DNA of 64,000 nt, taken from positions 24,056,001-24,120,000 of the forward strand of contig NC_092352.1 in NCBI RefSeq assembly GCF_963676685.1, in the 5' to 3' direction. The notes beneath the pieces are model-generated. The model was not told the DNA's origin. It worked only from the letters and a program-made list of their open reading frames with translations, and did not search any database. Each line of letters starts with the position of its first letter. Positions within the stretch are counted from its first letter, which is position 1. The position numbers and the translations under genes are program-made. The stretch is from Mytilus edulis. Taxonomy: Eukaryota. Below are positions 50,884-63,718 of the stretch, piece after piece.

Positions 50884-52140
50884 ATGAGTTTCCAGTATGA
50901 TGCCGCCAAGGCCAAGAGAAGGGCAACCATCTGTCTTCTCTGTACTGATTCTCCTGCTTATATGGGCCAGAAGCATAGAGTTGTAACACACATTTTGGTG
51001 AACCATGTGTCAGTTTCGAGAACACATTACTTCTGCACACTTTGCCAGTTTAGATGCACCAACATGGATACTCTGAAACAGCATGTGAACTTTCATAGGC
51101 CTCATCAGACATTGAAGGATAGCTTTTCAGCCTTGCCAGACAAGGACTACTTTCTTATCTCAGATTCACCTTACTTCCCGCAGGCAGGAAGAGATTTTAA
51201 ACTGTTGCCTAGGCAGAGACCCGGTTTGGGCACTACAATAGACCCAGTAGAATTGAGTTCAGGAAGCAGTACTGGTGGAGTATCGCCTCCCACTGTACCA
51301 ACATGTGTGATACCAGAACGACCAGTAGGAAGGGCCACTGTTTACATACCATCTTTTATGCCACCACCAGAACCAGTCCAGTTTGTAAATTACACTTCTC
51401 CATCTGATATTTCCTCATCTCTACCTCCACCTCCTTTCGACTTCAACCCAGGACACTGGTCATCACCCTCCATCCAAGCTTCACCACCCTTGCCAACAGA
51501 AACCAACATTGTTCAGGAAATAATACAGGAGAACCAGGCTGCCCTTGGGATGGACCTCCAGTACACAAACACCATAGATTTTTTTGATTTACCAGAATCG
51601 CCATTGGTATCCACACCAGAACTGGCCTCTCCAGTGAGGAACATCATTATGAGAGACAGAGAAATAGGGGAAGAGGAAAATTTGTTGCCCCAGCTGTTAG
51701 GTGATAGCAACCCACCTGTATCACCCTCAACAAACCATCCAGCCACGGAATGGAATGGTGTTCCTCTTAGTCAAGGTCCAGAACTTCATTCATCCTCATC
51801 CTCCTCTTCATCTTCATCATCATCTTCATCTGATTGCTCTGCTCTGGGAGAGGTGAAACAGTCAATATCCACTTTACTAGAGAACACTGCGGCAGAGCAT
51901 TCAAAGACCAGAGAAAGTATTGGCCAGTTGGGCACGGTTATTGAAAGTCTGGTGTCGCAGGTACAGGGTTTGAGATCAGTGGTAAGGGAGCAAGGGGATG
52001 AAATCAGGAGATTAAAGAACGATCGACCGAACACAACTACCATCGTAAACAGATCCAGAATTCAGCAAAGGCGCCGGACGCCGACACCCAGCAGACAGAG
52101 ATTTGGCCATCCACTTCCACCTGCAAAAAGAAGAAGATAA
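50884..52140 (+). CDS. ORF3: double C2H2 zinc-finger protein with Pro/Ser-rich region, coiled coil and basic/NLS tail (418 aa)
   Basis: CLLC-x15-H-x4-H and CTLC-x12-H-x3-H; heptad-like IGQLGTVIESLVSQVQGLRSVVREQGDEIRRL; RRRTPTPSRQR and PPAKRRR; no signal peptide or TM segment seen. Confidence 0.85.
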   Translation: MSFQYDAAKAKRRATICLLCTDSPAYMGQKHRVVTHILVNHVSVSRTHYFCTLCQFRCTNMDTLKQHVNFHRPHQTLKDSFSALPDKDYFLISDSPYFPQAGRDFKLLPRQRPGLGTTIDPVELSSGSSTGGVSPPTVPTCVIPERPVGRATVYIPSFMPPPEPVQFVNYTSPSDISSSLPPPPFDFNPGHWSSPSIQASPPLPTETNIVQEIIQENQAALGMDLQYTNTIDFFDLPESPLVSTPELASPVRNIIMRDREIGEEENLLPQLLGDSNPPVSPSTNHPATEWNGVPLSQGPELHSSSSSSSSSSSSSSDCSALGEVKQSISTLLENTAAEHSKTRESIGQLGTVIESLVSQVQGLRSVVREQGDEIRRLKNDRPNTTTIVNRSRIQQRRRTPTPSRQRFGHPLPPAKRRR

Positions 52141-52925
52141 ACTTGTTATATTTAGGGTATTATAAATTTTAGGTAAATATTTAGGGTAAAATGGTAGAAA
52201 ATCATGAAATCAATTTGAAATTATGTAAGGGAGAGTAAATTAAAAACATTTTTAAATGTTATCCAGCTAAATAATGGTTTTATTCAAGAGATTTTATAAG
52301 TATTGAAAAATTTTCAGAAATCAAGTTTATAATTGTTTAATTCAAATTGTTACACTTTTAAAAATAAAACATACCTTTCTGTTCAATCATTTTCTTTTAA
52401 ATTCATTAGATCAATAGCATTTCCTGTCATACTGAAAAATATAATTTTAGATTTAGCTATGTGTTACTTATAGCATGGTAAAGGGTCGATCATTTATTGT
52501 TGTGTATTTTAAACTGTATGTATTAAAGTAAAGTAATATGATATAGTTAATATTGTATTGGATAATGGTTGTGGATGTACCTAGTTAAATGGTGATACAT
52601 TATTAGAAAAGAAATTTTAGAAATTATTTTTACTGTTAAATTACTATAGTAAAGTAAAGAAATTATTACTTAACTCATGAGTTTCTTAAAGATACGTACC
52701 TTCACTTTGGAAAACGTCTCTGCTTTAATTTATTTATGACTAAACACTAGTCATAATTTGTTGAAGAAATATTTTGGTGACAATAAATATAAATTTTTGA
52801 TATTTACAAGATAAATATTTGGATGTAATAAATTTTGAAAAATGTGGAAAGCTTTTCAAAGGTGACACGATACAGGGAGAAGATGTTTTCTAGTCCGTCC
52901 AATTTGTGGGGACACAAATTTTAAC

Positions 52926-52937
52926 AGGGGGGTAAAA
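52926..52937 (+). promoter_or_regulatory. polypurine tract
   Basis: AGGGGGGTAAAA abutting the 3' LTR; preceded by hairpin AATTTGTG-GGGA-CACAAATT (52901-20). Confidence 0.8.
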
Positions 52938-55712
52938 TGTGACAAGTAACCCCCAGGGCATATATTTTTTTATTTTTATATTATGCTGTAAATATGTTAT
53001 TTCCTTGTTATAGATAAGATATATGTTTTGAATTGTTAATAATGTTATTTATTCTATATGAGTGCCAAGTTTCTATGATAATAGAACTAAAATATTTGTT
53101 TATTGTTCATTGAAGAGATATTTTCATAAAATAATCCAAGTCAGGAATGTTTTCATTTTTGCATAAATTGTAAACATCAAGATTTTTGTTAAAATGACTT
53201 TCCATATATTTTTATGTTTACCTAGTCATGGTAAATGCTTTAATAATTGTGTTGTGTATTGACTTGTATCAACAAATGGATAGAACATGAGAAATATTGT
53301 GATATTTAGATTTTTGAGACTTGTTGTTATTTTGAGAAAGTTCCCGTACTTTTTCATCTGTAACTTTTTCGGGACCGACCCCACTTTAGACATACTTTCT
53401 GTCAATTTTGGACAATGACAGCCAAACTTACTTATATACACTCTTTTCTAAAGTCGAATTGAATTTGAGAATTTACTTTTCCCCACTGAAGGTTATGCAT
53501 TTTGCTTAAACTTGTCGATCTTCGTTTCTGTTACAGACAGCATGTATCGCTATCCGCCATTACTTCAGATGAACGGCTAGCGATTTCATTGGTTGATTAA
53601 AAGAATAAAGTATTTTACCTTAATTTTTGTAGAAATTGTTATAGAAATGTTTTATTTTACGATTAATGTTAGAAAATGTAAAAGTTTATATTTTAATAAC
53701 TTTGTATTCTTTGTCGATTCAACTTGTTAAAGAATGGAGCTTTTTGATTGGCTATTGGTTACTGTGCACTGTGCAAGATGGGGCACTTAAGGGTATCGTG
53801 CATGCCCCTGTGCGGTACATTTGCACTGTCGTGCAGTGGCGGGTATTATATAACCTTTAGAAAACGCTGCACTGACGTCACTTTCACGCCATTTTATTAG
53901 GGATTGAACCGCTGCCAAAATTTTATTAGAAACTAAGGCCACTTTTTACGTTTAGAAACTTATTTATTTAACTAAATTTTCTTATTGGAAAAACGTAATT
54001 TTACAGAGATTTTAATGATAATTTCTAGAAGTTTATTTTCATTTCAAAAGTAACTTTTAAAGGCTGTTTTACGAATTTATGGTTCAAAATTTCATTGTTT
54101 TGGAATTGTAAAGTTTTGTTTAAGTACATTTTACCGGAAAGTTAGATTTTTCTATTTAAGAGTCCAAAGCCAATCAAACTATTTTTGCGTTTAAATTATA
54201 GACTGTGTTATAGGATTTTAAAGGTATATCTGAGAGTTCTTTGTTACACTTTTATTGTCCTCTATTTTACAAGACATACGCTACTAGTAAAGTCTCTAGT
54301 ACACTTGTCTACATTTACGCAAATTAAATATATTAGATAAGGTAATAGGGACACAAAACATACGCTACTAGTAAAGTCTCTAGTACACTTGTTTTGTTTA
54401 AATAACTATAAATAGGGAGATTAGTTAAAAGACATACTCTACTAGTAAAGTCTCTAGTATTTTGTCGTGATTAAAATAATTGGAATAAGGATAAAGGGCT
54501 TACGCTACTAGTAAAGTTTCTAGTACATTTGTCCTGTTTAAATAACAGTTACTGTATAAATAGGGAGATTAGTCAAAAGACATACACTACTAGTAAAGTC
54601 TCTAGTATATTTGTCCTGTTAAAGTAATTAAGATAAGGATAAGGGTCTCAGGACTACACTGCTAGTAAAGTCTCTAGCAATTGTCTTGAAGTAAATAAGA
54701 AAACCAAGTAACAGATAAACACTATTTTGAGTAAACTTTCAGATAAATTAGATGGCATATGCTGCTAGTAAAGTCTCTAGCACAATTGTCATAATAGCTT
54801 AAATTTGTATAAACTGAGATTAATTGATTTTCTCTTCATAAATCTATTTGTACATTCATTTACAAGTAAATACTAAAAAAAACCTTTAGATCTAAGGCAT
54901 ACGCTCTAGCACAGGGTCAGCTAGCACACTTGCCTCTAAATTTTGTACACCTGATAACGCTCTAGCACAGGGTCAGCTAGCACACTTTCTTGTGTACTAA
55001 AGTTATAACGTTTATAATAAAGAATTTAATACATTAAAAACCTTTTAGAACTTAGGCATACGCTCTAGCACAGGGTCAGCTAGCACACTTGCCTCTAAAT
55101 TTTGTACACTTGATAACGCTCTAGCACAGGGTCAGCTAGCACACTTTCTTGTGTATTAAACTGTTGAATATTCTTATTGTCTATGTAACGTTACCAATTT
55201 AAACTCAGAAGTTAGGTACTCAGTTAAACCTTTAAGTGATATATATATATATACCTCAGATATACCTTGTTAATATTAGACATACGCTACTAGTAAAGTC
55301 TCTAGTACACTTGTCTCTTTGTTATATGTAATATTTGCTACTGGTCTCATTGTTATATACCAGTGTCAGTGTATCTGAAGAAAACCCTAGTCAAATAATA
55401 AACACACTATTGTTATTCATATTTTTATTGGTTAACTGTAGTCCTTTAATAGTCCATTATATATATTGAAAGTGACCATAACATCAGGCCAATAATAAAG
55501 TATTGAACTTGAAAACGTATTTCCCTTTACTTTAGATTTTAACAAATCTAGCGAGACATAGAGTTTGCTTTTCCAGTCATTATATCTGGTTTATTGTGTC
55601 ACCTCAGTTGGTTCTGATTTTGAGATTTAGTCTTGGGTCAAGGTCTTGTGTACGTTCATTGTTTGGGAGTTTGCTGACAACCTTATTTGCCATATAGCTC
55701 TTGCGCGCTACA
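52938..55712 (+). repeat. 3' LTR (2775 bp)
   Basis: Direct repeat of 41970-44738. Confidence 0.97.
54272..55316 (+). repeat. array of 12 conserved stem-loops in the 3' LTR
   Basis: Copy of 43304-44342. Confidence 0.9.
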
Positions 55713-56605
55713 ATATATTTCCTCTTTTATACGGCATCGTATTTTTGAGACAATCTAGCGAGAAAATTTCGACGACAGCATATTTTTCTGTCAAAATCTC
55801 CTAGTACCGAAACCAAGATTATTTCTGAAAATAGATTTGTATAAACTATACATTTGTAAATAATTGTACATAAATAGGAAGGTCGATGGACCCGTCCACC
55901 GACCTATTTATCTTCTGACGTAACGGTAAAGAAGGGGGTAAATAAAAGGTTCTGTTTCGCGTCATTGAGGTCATTGTCCCAGAAATATTAAAATAAATGA
56001 TGACTAATGACTATTGACCGTCTGGATAACAATATTCATAGGTTTTGAAGAGGAACACTGTCAATCACCTTGTAAAATTCACAAGTTGTCAAGTTTCGTT
56101 TTTATGAAGGTCACCATTTTGAATCTTCGGCCTAAAAATGTATAAAGCATGAGTTCTAATTGTCATATATATAATAAAAAATCGCATAGACGAGATTTGA
56201 GATCAAGAGCCATGCTTTCCATTGATATGCAGTCTGCTTAAGGGTCAAATTATGATTGCAAGTTAATTTTTTTCGGGTAAATACTTAATATTGACGAAGA
56301 TAGTTAACTTCTGGAAATAGTTACAATGATAATTTATATTATGAACTTTAATTTTAATACAAAACAATGTTAAAAAATGTATCACCCGCCCAGTAATCAG
56401 CACTTCGGTGTTGACCTGAATATCAATTATGTGGTCAATTTTATAAATTTCCTGTTTACAAAACATATAATTATTCGAAAAACTAAGGATAGTTTTATCC
56501 CAGGTATAGATAACCTTAGCCGTATTTGGCACAACTTTTTGGAATATTGATCCTCAATGCTCTTCAACTTTGTACTTATTTGGCTTCACAAGTATTTCGA
56601 TATGA

Positions 56606-56649
56606 GCGTCACTGATGAGTCTTGTGTAGACGAAACGCGCATCTGGCGT
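56606..56649 (+). ncRNA. minimal type I hammerhead ribozyme
   Basis: Stem I GCGTCA/TGGCGT, CTGATGA, stem II GTCT/AGAC, GAAA, short near-palindromic stem III, ATC cleavage triplet (C56643); lies in a ~300-bp repeat (56380-56683). Confidence 0.8.
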
Positions 56650-58995
56650 ACTAAATTATAATCCTGGTACCTTTGATAACTATTAACCAGAAAACTAGCA
56701 CTGGTTGTTGAGAACGGCTGTCCTCATGATTTAAGCATGTAGAAACATTTAAAAACAAAACAAAAAATATAATACTGGACCAATAAAAGCATCATAGAAC
56801 AATTAAATAGTATTTGTATAATTATAGAGGGATCATAATTTGATTTAAAAAAAAGGGGCAGTCATCCCTTTCTGATACAAGTGTTGCAGTTTCTATGAAC
56901 AAATTATAGACAACTTCTCAAATAGTTCAATTACACTTCAAAAAGGTGTAATATATATCATTTTCGTTTTATGCTGAATATTATATAATACATCTATTTG
57001 TGCAATTTATTACCGTCCTATAACTTTTGAATGGCATGATCGACATTAATGATACTCGGTTAAATCGTTATCTATTACAAAAGAGGGACGAAAGATACCA
57101 GAACAAAGTCAAACTCATAAATCGAAAACAAACTGACAACGCCATGGCACCATTTGGAACTCTTGATTTAATAGCTTCCTTGTGAGCAGCAACCCTCTAT
57201 CAATACCTTCGGAAAGGCTTACATCAGAGTTCATATCTCAGCATATACTAATAAAATAAACGTGCACAGATCAGAATGCAACGAAAGGGTCACTGTGACA
57301 TAATGCATATTTTTTGGTGAATGTTTTTTCTATTAAGGTAAAATAAATATTAAACATTTTTAGTAAAAAATAATACATAAAATCAGACCACAAAGACCAT
57401 TGTTGAGATTGACAAAGTCCAAGAAGAAACAATTTCCAGTAAGAAGTATTAATGCCAATAATGGTGGTGGTAGTGACTAAATTTAGTAGCTTATATTACA
57501 TGAAGCAGATTTAGCTAGTACAGCATGTACTCTTCAACCTTTATATACAATAGCTTATGTACTTGTCTATCACAAACTCCATATACCAAAGTAACCAGCA
57601 CGATCTTAACAGCTCTTTATCTAAGCTTGTACATTTTAATGATGAAACACAACCTCGTTCGACAAACATTCATGATATATCATATGTGGATGAGAAAATA
57701 AATTATTCAAATGTTAGATCAGTGACTCTGTAATATTTATGGTAGAATCAGAAAAATAAGTACTCAAATAATGCTATCTGGTGTGTGCATTTTTTTATGA
57801 TTACGTGGTTAATTTTCATTTGTGGACTTTACACAGATACACAACAATGACTATAAAATGTAATTTTTCTGATATATACCAGGGTAAGTGATTAACTAAA
57901 AGAAAATAAACCAATTTACAAGATATAATATTTAATGAATTTTAAAATCAGCAAATCTTAGACATTTATGAAAAGAAAGGAAAAACTGAAAGTGTGAAAT
58001 TATTACTCGTATCAGAGTTAAGAAATGTTCAAGTGATGCTAGTTTGAATTTATAACAAGAATTAAGAAAAACTGATGAACATGAAAGTGAACACGAATTG
58101 GACAGTAAAGTTAGTAAAGTGAGTTTAATCTGTTGAATAACAAATAGTTAAAATCTAAGAAAGAACTGAAGAGAACTAAGACACGGGAAACATACTCGAG
58201 AGTACATCACAAAAGATTGATGCAAAAGTGAACGGCCATTTTTTGGCAAAACAAGTTTTGTAGTCAATTTTGCTATCGATGAATCTGACGGAATCTTAAA
58301 TGTTTATGAAGAGAAAAGTAGTCGTTGTTATAGTACAGAACTTAAGACTTGTATTTATGAACTTTTGCAAAGCAAATGTTAGTGCTTCTTAAATCCCGTC
58401 TGTAATAACATTTGTTTTATACTTGGTTAAGAGGACTCCAAATCAGCTTCCATCTAAATCTAGTTTTAGATTTAAATTTACAGCGCCTTAGCTTGGCTTA
58501 AAAACAGATAACTGATTTGTTTTTCTAGAGACAAGAATACGAATCATGTCACTGACGAGACTTCAAAATTTGGAAACTAATTTATAGAAAATGAGGCAGT
58601 CGATTCAAATGGCAATTTATGGTTTTAGGGTTGCGTGGAATAGAGACAAACCCTCAAAAGACATTTTAAAAGTTTTTAAAGGAATACATAGTTACATTAA
58701 TGACATAGGTGGTCAAGCAAACGATGCAAATTTAAGAGACATTTTGCATATCTGTGCAGAGCCACTACAGAGGTGAAATTTAATGTAAGAGTCATATCGA
58801 ACAGAACTACTACCCTTGATGTACACTAACTTTGAGTCTTTATTCTAGGGAAGAGAAAAGTACAATAGAAACATTGTACACTGTCCCTTTTTTTTTTGGC
58901 CTACACTCGTTTATTAATTAAGCTGCTGCAGCAAAGACTTCAATAGTTGAAGTTGACTCTAACAGTTAATTAAGTTTAATCTCTGTAGCGGCTCT

Positions 58996-59674
58996 ATGAA
59001 GGGTCGATGGAAATCAGTTGCTTACAAATAAACTCATCGTAGATACCAGGACAAAGATCTCGTATAGTATTTAAAAAAAAAAACCTTAATGTTAGGACAT
59101 CAGAAAGATATTTATGCAATTTGCTGTTCAATTATCACGCTGATATAAGGCATATAGGTGCATCGCTCGGATTAGATAAAATTGGACGTCGGTAAATATG
59201 GGTCAGTATGTCGGGTATGGAATGGCAGTATTTTATAGTTTTGGTTCAATTTATTAATAATTGGAGAAGCATGCCATTTGCTGTTATTATTCAAAGAGGG
59301 GGTAATGACATTAGGGACAAACCTTTCGGAGAATTACTCTATCATTTGAAATTTGACATAGCAATTCTCTTAAAGATGTTACCTGAAACTGCATAAGGGT
59401 GTTCCAGGTATTTTACCTTGATTTAAATGGAGGTCAACGAAACTACTAGACGGATAATACATGAGGAGATGCGCGTTCATATTTGCTGAAAATAGGAGGA
59501 TTCGTGATAAAACATACAGATTTTGAGGATAAACATGTAAGCCTTTTTAGTGCAGATGGGGTACATCTTTCCTTCATCGGCAATGAAATATTCCTAAATC
59601 AAATTCTATGTACTCTGGATTGTTTGGTTAATTTTAAATTTCCTCATTGTTTGGTTTTCCCATACAATGAATAA
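58996..59674 (+). pseudogene. tyrosine-recombinase retrotransposon (Ngaro/DIRS-like) remnant: YR C-terminus plus SGNH hydrolase
   Basis: GRWKSVAY at ~59002-59025, then IIQRGGNDI and FSADGVHLSFIGNEIFL. Confidence 0.6.
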
Positions 59675-62169
59675 ATTAGCTCCATATATTGTTTAAGTTT
59701 TTTAGTTTTTCATTAGAAATTGTAATTACGTTGATTGTATTGAATTTAACTTAGAGTTGATGTTATTTCAATTTGCTCAACTGGTTAATTTGGCCGAATT
59801 TAATTTATGCTGCCATGGATTACTCAGTTGCTCCTCGTATAACTTTGTTACTGCTCGATCGCCCTTCAGTAATTTAATCGTCATTAATCAAGTTTTGATT
59901 GACAGGTTGGTTGTGTTTCTTTAATGCCATTACAAATTTACAGCCAAATAAATCTTATTTTCTTTTAAGCTTTTGATTCATCGTTTATTTGTTAGATTCA
60001 TTACATCATGAGGTCAAACAATGAGAATACAAATTTAAACACTATAATAAAATTGAGAATGGAAATGGGGAATGTGTCATTTACATATTATCTAGGTTCC
60101 TTTTCAATCTATGTAAATAGTTTGCACTTAAAACTTGTCTTAGTGGATCCATTACTAAATCCCCTAAGGCCAACTAAACTTAAATCCAGCAGATGAAAAA
60201 AAGTGAGCTGTTGTTAGTAAGCATTAAATTATTAATTTGCATTTTATTGTCATTGTTAAATGGGATTCTGCAAGGACAACATGGAAAATAGAATATTAGA
60301 CCAATTTGATTTACCAATTGACACGGATGAAACATTTAAGGCAAAAGGCAGACATTATCTAGCATTAATAGCATCAAACTTTAAATCACACAATAAGGTA
60401 AAAAATATAAAACTTATTCAATTGGCAAAGGGGGAATGATGAAGTCTTAATCTTCGTTTCTGATAGTAGTATAAAATGATATTTGGAATATTTTAGTATT
60501 TGGTGGTCCATGAAAAAAATCTTCTTAAAAAATTAATTAAACATAACGAGGTAGATGAATGAAAAAAATGTGAAGATGAAATATTCGTAATTCTATACGC
60601 ACCTTACATGTATATCAATGAAAGATTAAATGATTTGAAGGAAAAAATATCATCAGCTAAAAGTGTAAATTTGACAATTAGTTTTGGTCTAACAGGCAAA
60701 TGAGAGCATTTATGGGGATAAGAGGGCATTTCATTCAAGACTGGACGGCTCATACTGTTATGATTTCATGTAAACGCTTTGGTTGAAAGCATACGGCAGA
60801 CAATATTCGTTACGAGTATGAGGAAACTCAATCGGTATTCGAAACTGCTGACAAGATTATGCTTCAAACATGGTGAATGCGTTTGAAACGCCTTTGCCAG
60901 GATTCGAGGATACAACAGATGATGGTAAATAGGTAATGATAAACCAGAAGATATTGATTGTGATGATGAAAACGAAGATAAATTCGAACATTTACCAAAA
61001 CATTGTGTTATGCGCATACACTACAACTGGTTATAAAGTATTGATAGTATTGATTAAAAGACTGTTCATCGCATATCTATAATACTAAAATAACGAGGTT
61101 CAATTTGTCAGCTGACATGGGGTAAAAACGACAAATCAAAGAATTCAACTTTTATATATAGCTAATATAGGACAATGGTGTTGATTAAAAAATTACACCA
61201 CTCCAGACCCAAAATGATCTCCCCATTACGCCAATTCATTTTCACCATCGTAGAAATGGAAGCCATTCTAGGGATAACGCGCTGCCAATTTTGCTCTTGA
61301 AAACCGATTAATTTATCCACATAGCACCATTACGATCCTTATATGTCAGTTGTATTTTGAAAGACAAATGTATCTACTAGCTAATGGACATCAGTTAATG
61401 ATCTTGTCTGCATTGATTCAACTTGAAACTATTGTCTGATCGGTTGTCAGGTGGAATTTTTGAAAATTCTTCAACATTTAAAAAATGTCTAATTAAATAT
61501 TTCGTGGAAGGGCAGACTAAACATTTTCAGTGGTTGAAGATTATAAACCCTAATTATCACACAAAAAATTATATTTTTTTCGAAGATATGCATTATCATC
61601 AACCAACTTAAAAGACTGTCGTCAAGTACTTTTAGTAAAAAAATATAGCTCTTCGAACACACTTACTCTGTTTTTGTGATTCATTAGATATGTATTTCAC
61701 TTGACCCATATATTTCATCTTTTCGTACTGTGATTTTTTTATGTTTTATAGTCAACCTGTAGCTTTGATATATAAAATGATAGAATCTGAAGCGAGATGA
61801 TAAATCAAATTATTTTGCTTTGAAGGTTTTAAAGACGAAATATACATCTAAACACGCCCTAACATAAAAAGGTGCACTCGAATTTCTCTTATCGATACAA
61901 ATGTTACCCATTTTTGGAAAAGAATGAAGGGCAGACACGAAAATTTGAACTAATAGATTGATACATTCTCCGTCCGTGGTAAAAAAAATTAAATCGGAGG
62001 TTATGCATTTTCTACATCCAACTTGATAGATACCCATGTCGTCGACTTGATATCTAATTGTTCTGCATTACTATTTAATAGATAAATTGAAAACTTATGC
62101 AAATGTTGTTTTTAAAATAAAACACTTCGTAATTGAGAAGAAAATTGTCGTTTTATTTGTTTCTATTAA

Positions 62170-62485
62170 GGTTCATCATAACCTTTTGGCTAAAATGGCC
62201 GTATTTACACCCCAAATTTTACTCTGAGTACAGACTAACCTATACACCTGCAACAGTTTTAACTACTTAGTTAATTTTTGCACCTTCTGCAGGAACGAAA
62301 AAAAATGGATAGCAAAATCTAGAAAAGTTTATAATTTTCTAAAAAAAACATAAGATGCATTTAAAATTTATATATCTAGTTCCTGCCATCCCTCAAAACT
62401 GTTGCAGGTGTATAGGTTAGTCTGTACTCAGAGTAAAATTTGGGCTGTAAATACGGCCATTTTAGCCAAAAGGTTATGATGAACC
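62170..62485. mobile_element. Kolobok-type MITE with ~90-bp TIRs
   Basis: TTAA|GGTTCATCATAACCTTTTGGC...GCCAAAAGGTTATGATGAACC|TTAA. Confidence 0.9.
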
Positions 62486-63678
62486 TTAAGGTTCTACTAA
62501 AGTCAAAATATAGGACACTGCATAACCATCAAAACTTTGCCTGTATTTTTCAAACTTAAATGAATATAGACCTGAATTATGGGAACATATGTTCATTTAA
62601 ATCAACTTGAAAGTTTATGTTGTGGCCAAACCGGTTTTTGGGGTGAACACTAAATTTTCCAAAAAATCTGGAGGCTTGCAAGATGACTTTATTCGTATAA
62701 AATTGGTATGAATGAATATGTATTTGTTTCCTATTGTAGTATTTTAATCAGTATGACTTTAAATGATGACAATACGAATACTGAAAATTAGACCTAAATT
62801 AAAATAAGGTGTATAGGTACAGTTATTTGTTCATTTATAACTAATACTGGACAATGCTGTTGATAAAAAATTACTCCATTCCATTAATAATTGATAAGTC
62901 GACGGTTTCAAACAGAAAGATTTTGAAAGTAGAGAAAACTGCATCTTGTAATCAGCGACAATAGCAATACTAAATATCCAGGCTGAAATTAGGCTTACAC
63001 ATAGTTATATACTTTAATTCAGTCACGGACCAGCGATTTCACGGGTGTGTTCTAGTGTGTACTGTTATTGCAAAAGCATAGAAAATTGACAATACTTTTA
63101 GATCAATTCATGCAAGTGGAATGTTAGGAAGTGAAAATAAGTTTAACAAGCTGCAAAATTACGAGAGTGAATTCCCAACTAGCAATGATCAAATCTATTT
63201 TGAAAATTTCAAAAAGGAAATTGGACAAAGTTGACAGTCCAGTTAAATTGTCAAGTTTATACGAACGGAACATTCTTTATGAATTAATCTTAATTCTTGA
63301 TCCATCCGAATACCATTGTTAGTACAAAACAATGTTAGTGCTAGTCCTATAATTTCTGAAACTCTTGGTCTAAAACACTAAGTGAATCAGCTGTCAAGTG
63401 TGTACTTAAATAAGATGATGACAACATTGAAGAGCTTAATTAGACCAGAGACTCGGTTTGAGGAGAACATGACTTCATTTTGGCTGCCATACTAGATCCA
63501 AGAATTAAATTTAGATGGAGTGAGCCTGAAACGGTTACTCCTTTTACATTATTACTAAAAAACACGACAAGTGATCTTGATTCACATCTAAATCATACTT
63601 TTTATCAAAACGATGGATGTTAACTGTAACGTCGCTACAGCGATATTAGTTATCAAAGGTACCAGGATTATAATTTAG

Positions 63679-63718
63679 TACGCGCGTTTCGTCTACATAA
63701 GACTCATCAGTGACGCTC
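63679..63718 (-). ncRNA. hammerhead ribozyme copy with deleted cleavage site/stem I
   Basis: Minus strand GAGCGTCACTGATGAGTCTTATGTAGACGAAACGCGCGTA; same repeat family as 56380-56683. Confidence 0.65.

Larger units (their letters stand above)
41970..55712 (+). mobile_element. full-length Ty3/Gypsy LTR retrotransposon with extra ORF (pol-defective)
   Basis: TG...CA LTRs, ATAT TSD (41966-69 / 55713-16) in a TA tract, PBS, PPT, gag then PR-RT-RH-IN order. Confidence 0.97.

Noticed and set aside
44768-52043. Minus-strand ORFs within the Gypsy element
   Set aside because: Antisense shadows of gag, pol and ORF3
44805-52140. Intact gag and ORF3 versus broken pol as evidence of domestication
   Set aside because: With LTRs about 99% identical few lesions are expected, so none in gag/ORF3 is compatible with chance; the gag knuckle His is also mutated
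50884-52140. ORF3 as env
   Set aside because: No signal peptide, furin-site/fusion-peptide pattern or transmembrane anchor
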